A DNA stretch of 11,486 nt, taken from positions 1 to 11,486 of the forward strand of contig SUPR01000102.1 in assembly GCA_005191425.1 (NCBI GenBank), read 5' to 3'. Below are positions 1-7,000 of this stretch, one piece after another; the first letter of the stretch is position 1, and each line of letters begins with the position of its first letter. The notes under the pieces were generated by a model. The model was not told where the DNA came from. It saw nothing but the letters and a program-made list of their open reading frames with translations, and did no database searches. This DNA comes from Candidatus Helarchaeota ASGARD archaeon Hel_GB_B. GTDB taxonomy: Archaea > Asgardarchaeota > Lokiarchaeia > Helarchaeales > HEL-GB-B. Made by a program: the position numbers and the translations under genes.

Positions 1-1
1 C

Positions 2-364
2 TCGTGGCATCAATTCGTCACTATCTTAAAATATAAAATGGAACAAAAAGGAAAGCATTTAATCCTCGTGGACAGGTATTTTCCCAGCTCTAAATTATGT
101 TCGTGTTGTGGGTATAAGAACAAAGACTTGGGACTAAAAGACAGGAGATGGACTTGTCCGCAATGTCAGACTCACCATCATAGAGCTATAAACGCTTCTG
201 ATAATATTGAAGAAGAGGGTAAAAGAATTTTAAGAGAAAAAAATATCAAAATCATTAGGAATAATGATACTACCGTAGGGACTACGGTCGGTGCGTTTGG
301 AGAAGATGTGAGACTCTCCCTCGGAGAGCAATTTTCGATGAATTACGAATCCATCGCCCTTTAG
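2..364 (+). CDS. tnpB: TnpB (IS200/IS605-family RNA-guided nuclease) C-terminal part, 5'-truncated by the window edge; RuvC-III Asp apparently substituted
   Basis: The frame is open from base 2 (SWHQFVTILKYKMEQKGKHLILVDRYFPSSKLCSCCG...), so the ATG at 38 is internal. It shows the TnpB hallmarks YFPSSKxC, zinc-ribbon CSCC...CPQC, 'LGLKDRRWTCP', and HHRAINASDNI, which matches the usual HDRDxNAAxNI. The stop codon lies inside the right-end hairpin. Confidence 0.92.
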   Translation, partial: SWHQFVTILKYKMEQKGKHLILVDRYFPSSKLCSCCGYKNKDLGLKDRRWTCPQCQTHHHRAINASDNIEEEGKRILREKNIKIIRNNDTTVGTTVGAFGEDVRLSLGEQFSMNYESIAL

Positions 365-395
365 GGCGTGGTAGTTCAACAAATAACTATTCAGT
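251..395 (+). ncRNA. Putative TnpB omegaRNA/reRNA scaffold plus ~16-nt flank-derived guide
   Basis: Series of perfect hairpins overlapping the tnpB 3' end: ATCATTA-ggaa-TAATGAT (251-268), ACCGTAG-gga-CTACGGT (272-288), CTCTCC-ctc-GGAGAG (314-328) inside a GAAGAT/ATTTTC helix, and the terminal hairpin 351-371. TnpB RNAs are known to derive from the right end, with the guide taken from the downstream flank. Boundaries are inferred. Confidence 0.55.
351..371 (+). repeat. IS200/IS605 right-end subterminal hairpin
   Basis: CCA(T)CGCCC-TTTA-GGGCGTGG: an 8-bp stem with one bulged T and a TTTA loop, 4-8 nt before the TTCA/TCAA end motif. Confidence 0.8.
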
Positions 396-723
396 ATCTA
401 ATTGTAATATAATAAATCAATTTAAAATTAACTTCTTTTGAGTTAGATACAATTTTTTATTTTCTGGCAATTATTGGAAATTAAAAAATTTTGATAATTA
501 AAATCAAAAATTTTAAATTGATAAAGTATAAAGTTAAATCAAAAAAAAATATATTGTGAAGATAATAGATTAATGTGAAATAAGGATGAAAATATACCTC
601 TAAATTATCTAAATTTCTTAATGATTATTAAATTATGAAAATTTATTATTTTATGGAAAAAGTTATGGTAAATATAATGAAAAATAAAGTAGATATTCAA
701 TTTTAAGGAATTATTTAAATGTT

Positions 724-729
724 AGGTGA
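724..729 (+). promoter_or_regulatory. Archaeal-type ribosome-binding site for aor
   Basis: AGGTGA lies 7 nt upstream of the ATG at 737 and matches part of the archaeal SD consensus GGAGGTGATC. This favours 737 over 719 as the start. Confidence 0.55.
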
Positions 730-736
730 AAAAAAG

Positions 737-2668
737 ATGAGTAAAACCAAAGTTAAAGAGATAACAATACCAGATAAATTGATGGGGTATACACAAGTTA
801 GATTAGACGTAAATTTGACAGATGGTACTATTACAGAGTCAACAATACCGAAGGAATACTGCAGAGATTGGATAGGTGGGTATGGTTTTGGTGCAAAAGT
901 ATTATGGGATGAATTGAAGCCAGGCATAGACCCATTAAGCCCAGATAATATTTTTGTTTGGGCAATTGGCCCATTTCCAACTACGTTACTCCCAACAAGT
1001 TCAAAATATGGCGTTTTTGCCAAATCACCATTGACAGGTTTTTTTGGTATGTCTATTAGTTCCGGTTCGATTGCAGCACAAGCTCGCAGGGCAGGAGTTA
1101 ACTTAATTGTAATTAAGGGAAAATCGCCCACGCCAGTTTATTTAGTAATTGATGACGATGAACGATATTTAAAAGAATGTGGTGATCTCTGGGGAAAAAG
1201 TTGCTGGGAAACTGAGGAAATAATAAAGAATGAATTTAATGACCAAAGAATAGCTGTCATGGAAATTGGACCTGCTGGAGAACGAATGAGTAGAATTGCA
1301 TGTATTACAAACGATAGAAATAGACAAGCTGGTAGGACAGGCATGGGAGCTGTAATGGGTTCTAAGAACTTAAAAGCGATTGTATTTAGAGGGACAAAAG
1401 GTGTAAAAGTTGCACACCCAGTAGAATTTTATAAAAAAGCAAAGAAATTAAATAAAGTAGCAGTTGGACCTGCAACTTCAAAATATAGAGATTTAGGGAC
1501 TCCAGCTGGTTTGACGTCATATAATAAACTTGGTATGATGCCTACATTTAATCATAGAGAAGGGACTTGGGAAAAAATTGATGAAGGTCCTATAACTCCG
1601 GAGGAATTAAATGAAAAATGGGTTGCCAAGAAATGTGCTTGTACCGGATGTCCTATAGCATGTGACCATCTTGCGAGAGTTCCAAAAACACATCCCGATT
1701 ATCCTGGTATAGTTTCTAGTGTTGATATTGAACTGGTTTATTCATATGGAACTGGAACTGGTTGTTATGATTGGCCAACTATATTTAAATGTATTCAAAT
1801 AAGTGATAATCTAGGAATAGACGGTATATCAGGTGGAGTTACAGCTCAGATGGCTTGTGAATTATATGACTTGGGAATTATAACAAAAGAGGAATTAGGA
1901 TATGAACTTCCATTTGGGTCGACTAAAAATTTAGTCCGATTTGTAAAGGAAATGGCATTAGGAGAGGGGTTTGCCGGAAAGATTTTTGGCGATGGTACCA
2001 AAATGGCAGGCATACGTTTGGAAGAAATGGGTAAAAAGAATGCCAGCTTTTATGGGATGAACATAAAGGGCTTGGAATTGCCCGCTTTTGATCTACATGG
2101 GATGAGCAGTTTTGCTGTAGGTGAAAGTGTATCAATTCGAGGTGCATGCCATTTAAGGAATGGTGCCTATGGACTTGATGCCAAAGGAACATTTGATAGG
2201 TTCGGTTATGATAAACCACTCGAACGAGGTAAAGCTATTATAAAATTAGAAGATACATATTCAATAATTGATAGCTTTATAATTTGCAAATTTACGCGAG
2301 GTATATATGAAGGGAATGCCGAATTAGCTGAAGTTTATGAACTTGTTACTGGAATTCCAATGACTGAAGAATATTTGATGAAACGTGCAGAGGCAATTAC
2401 AACTCTATCGAAATGTTTCAATATAAGAGAGGGTGCGACAAGAAAAGACGACCATCCACCACCAAAATACTTCAAAGAAGCCCATACAAAAGGACCTGCA
2501 AAAGGAGTAACTCTAAAAGAAGATGGATTTCAAAAACTTCTCACTGGATATTATAAAGCTCGAGGTTGGGATGAAGATACAGGAATACCTACTGATGAAA
2601 AATTAAAAGAACTTGAATTGGATTTTGTAATTGATGAAATGAATAAAGCGAGGGCGAATAAAAAATGA
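737..2668 (+). CDS. aor: Tungsten/molybdopterin aldehyde:ferredoxin oxidoreductase family catalytic subunit (AOR/WOR)
   Basis: Family motifs: GGYGFGAKVLWDEL..GIDPLSPDN, KSPLTG, IGPAGE, GRTGMGAVMGSKNLKAI, [4Fe-4S] CTGCPIAC (1640-1663) plus the distal Cys in IICKF, DNLGIDGIS pterin-binding motif, RGACH, and the C-terminal YYKARGWD..GIP. The ORF track start at 719 is an alternative. Confidence 0.95.
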   Translation: MSKTKVKEITIPDKLMGYTQVRLDVNLTDGTITESTIPKEYCRDWIGGYGFGAKVLWDELKPGIDPLSPDNIFVWAIGPFPTTLLPTSSKYGVFAKSPLTGFFGMSISSGSIAAQARRAGVNLIVIKGKSPTPVYLVIDDDERYLKECGDLWGKSCWETEEIIKNEFNDQRIAVMEIGPAGERMSRIACITNDRNRQAGRTGMGAVMGSKNLKAIVFRGTKGVKVAHPVEFYKKAKKLNKVAVGPATSKYRDLGTPAGLTSYNKLGMMPTFNHREGTWEKIDEGPITPEELNEKWVAKKCACTGCPIACDHLARVPKTHPDYPGIVSSVDIELVYSYGTGTGCYDWPTIFKCIQISDNLGIDGISGGVTAQMACELYDLGIITKEELGYELPFGSTKNLVRFVKEMALGEGFAGKIFGDGTKMAGIRLEEMGKKNASFYGMNIKGLELPAFDLHGMSSFAVGESVSIRGACHLRNGAYGLDAKGTFDRFGYDKPLERGKAIIKLEDTYSIIDSFIICKFTRGIYEGNAELAEVYELVTGIPMTEEYLMKRAEAITTLSKCFNIREGATRKDDHPPPKYFKEAHTKGPAKGVTLKEDGFQKLLTGYYKARGWDEDTGIPTDEKLKELELDFVIDEMNKARANKK

Positions 2669-3189
2669 GTGCTAGTAAAAAGTTTCATAGGTTTATTTTT
2701 GTAGATCCAAATTTATGTACTGGATGCGAAATCTGCGAAGCAGTATGTTCATTTGTTCATGATGGAGAATTTAATCCATTAAATACAAGAATACACCGCG
2801 TTAGAATAGAACCAATTGTAAATATAGCATTGTCATGTCAAAAATGCGAAGATGCCCCTTGTATTCGGGCTTGTATGGAAAATGCCATTGAAAAAGATGA
2901 AGAAGGGTCAATAATTATCGATAAAGACAAATGTACAGGCTGCGGATTTTGTGTAAGAGCTTGTCCATTTGGTGTGATTACGATCCATTTAGATTCAAGA
3001 ATTGCCATAGCATGTGATTTATGCGAAAATATGAAGGAAGAATTTATTGATCCAGAGGTCGGTAAAAAAGAGCCCCAATGTATAATATTCTGTCCAAAAG
3101 AAGCAATTTCACTGAAAAATGTTGAACAGATTGGAGAAGAAACAAGGATAGATGCTGTAAAACGATTATTAGCAGAGCAACTTGATTAA
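2665..3189 (+). CDS. 4x[4Fe-4S] electron-transfer subunit (DmsB/CooF/HycB-like), partner of AOR
   Basis: Four Cys groups: CTGCEICEAVC, CQKCEDAPCIRAC, CTGCGFCVRACP and CDLC...PQCIIFCP. Its ATG overlaps the aor stop (ATGA, 2665-2668), which implies translational coupling. Confidence 0.95.
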   Translation: MSASKKFHRFIFVDPNLCTGCEICEAVCSFVHDGEFNPLNTRIHRVRIEPIVNIALSCQKCEDAPCIRACMENAIEKDEEGSIIIDKDKCTGCGFCVRACPFGVITIHLDSRIAIACDLCENMKEEFIDPEVGKKEPQCIIFCPKEAISLKNVEQIGEETRIDAVKRLLAEQLD

Positions 3190-3193
3190 ATAT

Positions 3194-3244
3194 AAATATT
3201 TATTTTTATTCTAAATAATATTTTCCTTTTTTTCATTATTTTCT
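3194..3244 (+). terminator. Candidate terminator of the aor-ferredoxin operon
   Basis: Weak AT hairpin (3194-3205 / 3213-3223, one bulge) followed by TTTTCCTTTTTTTCATTATTTTCT, between convergent genes. Oligo-T tracts are known archaeal terminator signals. Confidence 0.45.
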
Positions 3245-3288
3245 GATGTGAATTAAATTAACCAATAAACTTTACTTAATCTTTTAGA

Positions 3289-4002
3289 TCATAAATAGTT
3301 CAGTAATTCATGCAAATTATTGATTTCCAAATCAGGACTTGGGATATTTTCTTTTATTTTTCTGTTTTTTCGATTGATATATACGGCATAAATACCAGAA
3401 TTTTTAGCTCCGAAAATATCAGCAAATTGTGAGTCTCCTACATGAATGATTTCGTTATGATTAATATTTAAATTGTCAAGAATTTTATTAAAAAAGATTT
3501 TATTAGGTTTATATGCTTGAAGGTTCTCAGAGGTAAAGATATGATCAAATTTATTCTGAATGTTAAATTTTTTTAATTTATCATAAAGAAAATCATTATC
3601 GATATTTGAAGAAATAACAATTTTATAACCTTTATTTTTAATTTTATCGAGAGTTTCAGGGACTTCTGCAAATAATTCAATATCATTTAAAAGGTCAAAC
3701 CATATTTTAAGTGCATAACTTGGGTCGCCTTGTAATTTGTATTTATTAAATAGTTTTTTTGTTGCTTTTAAAAAGAAAATTTTTTGAGTAAGAAATTTTT
3801 GGTCTTTGTTATTAAGATTTCTCCACCCATCATTTATTAGAGAATCCCATTCTTTATGAAATTCATCTACATTAATGTCTTTTTTATTGAAATGGTCTAA
3901 AATAAGTTGACAAGCAATTGGGTGGGAATTTTTATCATTTAGTAAGGTATTAAAAGCGTCAAAAGATATTACTTTTATTTTATTTAGATTAAATATTGCC
4001 AT
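3289..4002 (-). CDS. HAD-superfamily hydrolase, subfamily IA (haloacid dehalogenase-like)
   Basis: Motif I ISFDAFNTLL, helical cap, motif II ISSN, motif III YKPNKIFF, motif IV HVGDSQFADIFGAKNSG, and C-terminal PDLEINNLHEL. Confidence 0.93.
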   Translation of the reverse strand: MAIFNLNKIKVISFDAFNTLLNDKNSHPIACQLILDHFNKKDINVDEFHKEWDSLINDGWRNLNNKDQKFLTQKIFFLKATKKLFNKYKLQGDPSYALKIWFDLLNDIELFAEVPETLDKIKNKGYKIVISSNIDNDFLYDKLKKFNIQNKFDHIFTSENLQAYKPNKIFFNKILDNLNINHNEIIHVGDSQFADIFGAKNSGIYAVYINRKNRKIKENIPSPDLEINNLHELLNYL

Positions 4003-4013
4003 ATTCGATCAAT

Positions 4014-4029
4014 AAACAATAGATTGTTT
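4014..4029. promoter_or_regulatory. Perfect 7-2-7 inverted repeat just upstream of the HAD gene, candidate operator
   Basis: AAACAAT-AG-ATTGTTT, 12-27 nt upstream of the HAD ATG (4002). The background is AT-rich, so chance occurrence is possible. Confidence 0.35.
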
Positions 4030-4087
4030 TTAGAAAATAAAATAGAATTATTTTCAATTATTAAAGATCAAGATGATGCTTTAAAAA

Positions 4088-7000
4088 TTATTCTTCTTCT
4101 AATTTTCTCATAATTTCTTTAGCGCGTTTAGAGAATATGTTTGCTTTTCGTCTATTATTGATCCTCAGTGCAAGTTTAGAGGCATATTGATATAGTTCAA
4201 TAGCGCTTTCAAGTTCATTATTTCGCAATGCTTCTCTAGCTTTTCTAATTATTGACCCGATCTCCAAATTAATTTCTTCAAATTGTTCTTGAGTTAATTC
4301 TCCCGGTTTAGCAATAATTTCTTCTTCAACTTCTTTTTTTGGTTTTTTCCAGGTTTTCTTTTTCTTTGGACTTAGTTTGTCTAGTTCATCATATTCTTTA
4401 GCTTTATCCAGAAATACGCTAGCCATGTGATGTTTATTGATGTTTACCGAGAGATTAGCGATATATCGATAAAGTTCGGCTACTCTTTTAAATTGTTCCT
4501 TTTCGATTGCAATTTTAATTGTTTTTAAATTATCTTTAATAGAGTTTTGAATTTCTTCGATTTCTTCAAGCGAGAGTTTAACGGGGACTTCTTCTTTTGG
4601 TCTAATTGCTTCTATTTTTTCTTTTTCCTCGGGTTTTATTTCTTCTTCCTCTTCTTCTTTAACTTTTTCTTCTTGTGAGATCTGTTTGATAATACGTTTG
4701 ATATCCTGAGCAGGTACAATTACTTTTCTTTCATGAATATTCTTATAGACCAAGTAAGTGGCAATAACAGCGATCATAATAATAGCAATAGCAATAATGA
4801 GTGCATAAGGAAATTTGTAAGTTATTGGAGGGTTATATGGAATAATATGAATTGTAGTTTCATTTAATTTTTCGCCATTTAAATTAAAGTTGATAGTCTT
4901 AATACCATCATTATCGTATAGTGTGATGTAAATCTTCCAGTCATTGACTTTATGTATTTCGAGATTTGAATAGAAAGAGTCATTAAAAACTAATTGTATA
5001 TTAGAGAAATGACCAGATAATATTTGAGTTAGGTTTATGGAGTTACCAAAATTGTCTTCAATCACAACAGTGATATTCTGCAGTCCTTCAATGTCAGATA
5101 CATTGCCTTTTATGACCAAATCAATTCCTACATTTAATTGATTACTAGGAAGTCTATCTACCCCGACACAGACTTGAATTTGATTAATTATGGGCTTATT
5201 ATTTAATATGCTAATATTTATAGTTTCAGTTGAATTACTCATAGCTCCTACTTCATCAATTACTCCTACGAAATAAGTATAATTACCAGTTATAAAATCA
5301 ATTGCAGGTGTAAAATTGACTATCCAAAGTGAATAATTTTTACTGTAATTCATTAACATTTTATAAATTGTTTTGTTCGGGGCTCTAATAAAAGCATATA
5401 ATTTGAGTAATGATGTTCTATTTGCTATATCAATATCAGTTGCATTCGCTAACAGCAGTAGTGAGTGATTTCTATATAAATATGATTGCGATAAATGGGT
5501 AGATAAATTTAGTACTGATAAATTATACGGATGTTCAGGTGCCCAGTTAGAAACATTTATTATGATAGAAGAATTTAATGTCCGAGATGCATTATCATAA
5601 TCAACTACTATAAAATATAAATTCCATTCGCCACTTCTATTAAATTGAGAGAATGTATAATTACTTGACCAGTTTAATCCGACTGAGGAAATATCAGACA
5701 TTGGAAAACAAATTTGTTCACCATAAGAGTTATTTAATAGAAATGAAACATTTTTTACGCCTGGATATCCATCTCTGTCAAACACAGAGACATTTATTTC
5801 TAGGGTTTCATTAACGCGGTGTAATTGTGTTGTGTTTAATTTAGTTGGGGACGGTATTTTATAATTAAATTCAGGAAGCCAATTATTAACATAGAAATAC
5901 CAATCATCGTAATCTTTATAATAAGTTTTCTCTCCCCATTCATCTTCTAAAATAATTGCAAACCAATATTTACCGGTTTTATTACCTTTAAAATTGAAAC
6001 TTGCATTCCAAATACCGTATTCTGCTTGATATGGGTTATATGGACTAGGCTGAGTTTCGTTGTGCATCGTAATTTTTGACCAATTTTCTAAAGACAATGA
6101 GAAATTTTGAGAGATTAATAAAGTCACATTTAATTCATTATTTATATGTTTAAGTGGATCTTGATCGGTTTCTATAGCTTTTATACGAACCCAAAAAGTG
6201 TTATTGACTCGCCAGATATTTTCATGAAGGTTTCCAGTTTGATGACTTATATTTTCAAAAGTAGTAGTATCATTTATGCCGGTTGTATTTAAAAGGAACC
6301 TTGTAGTGTTTGATAGAGGGCCAAAATAATTTAAAAACGGAGGGTTACTCCTTAAATAAAATGAACTATGAACACTAAAATTAACATCTTGGTCATAAAT
6401 ACCCCAGACCGCATTTTTCCATCCTAAAGATTCTCGAGTAAATCCGGGAGTCCAATGTCTATCAAAAATTGTTATTGCCCTGTAATTAAAGGTCGTTCCA
6501 TAGATATGTAATTCATTCCCACCAGATTTTTTATAACACGGGATATAATGGTGTTGATAATAGAATTCAGCCAATGGATTTGCACCTAAATCTGTGTTAG
6601 TTAAATTTACATATATAATTGGATTAGAATCAAAATCAGTGATTGATGCCCATAATTGACCATTTCCATCTAAATATGGCCCAAATGGTTTGGTCTGTCT
6701 AATATATATATTGTCTCTATACGAATAATTTAAAAATGCATGTACCAATGGCCTATAATTTCCAGGCATTATTTCAGTCATATTTTGATTTATTAAAATA
6801 TTTTCAGGGTCTCCAAATAAAATATACTGTAAACTATCTTCTGTAGTATTTGAAAATCCACTCAATTCGGTAATATTTTGCTTCCAATTAAATGAATACA
6901 TATGGCTTGTTTTATTAATGCCAGACAAAAGTGCTTGACCAATTGTATAATTTTGGTATTTTAAAAGATTTTGAATAGCATCATAGATTAAGAATTCAGA

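Larger units (their letters stand above)
1..379 (+). mobile_element. Right end of an IS200/IS605-family (IS605/IS1341-type) element or remnant; left part outside the window
   Basis: tnpB 3' end, then a subterminal GC hairpin (351-371), then GTAGTTCAA (371-379), which contains a TTCA/TCAA-type cleavage tetranucleotide. Sequence turns abruptly very AT-rich after ~380. The exact end (378-380) is uncertain. Confidence 0.8.

Noticed and set aside
38-40. ATG start of the TnpB ORF given by the ORF track
   Set aside because: The frame is open and TnpB-like from base 2, so this Met is internal.
379-395. In-window target for the putative TnpB guide
   Set aside because: Only 7-9 nt partial matches found by eye (e.g. 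~3612-3618, ~9325-9334, ~10186-10192), as expected by chance in AT-rich DNA.
380-718. CRISPR array, tRNA or hidden small gene in the AT-rich intergenic regions (also 9990-10195)
   Set aside because: No regularly spaced direct repeats, no cloverleaf and no credible ORF with an RBS were seen.
715-1131. 138-aa minus-strand ORF
   Set aside because: Antisense shadow of the strongly supported aor gene; no motif.
1138-1344. 68-aa minus-strand ORF
   Set aside because: Antisense to aor; hydrophobic composition is an artefact of the opposite-strand codons.
1923-2219. 98-aa His-rich minus-strand ORF
   Set aside because: Antisense to aor; the His/Pro bias is explained by reverse-complemented ATG/GG-rich codons.
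2666-2668. TGA stops of aor (and HAD, 3289-3291) as possible selenocysteine codons
   Set aside because: Both proteins are complete at these points, the positions are not Cys-equivalent, and the aor TGA is part of an ATGA coupling overlap.
4775-4800. Short GCAATA tandem and (TTC)n-like runs near 4640-4660
   Set aside because: They simply encode the IAIAI TM segment and the poly-Glu stretch; not independent DNA repeats.
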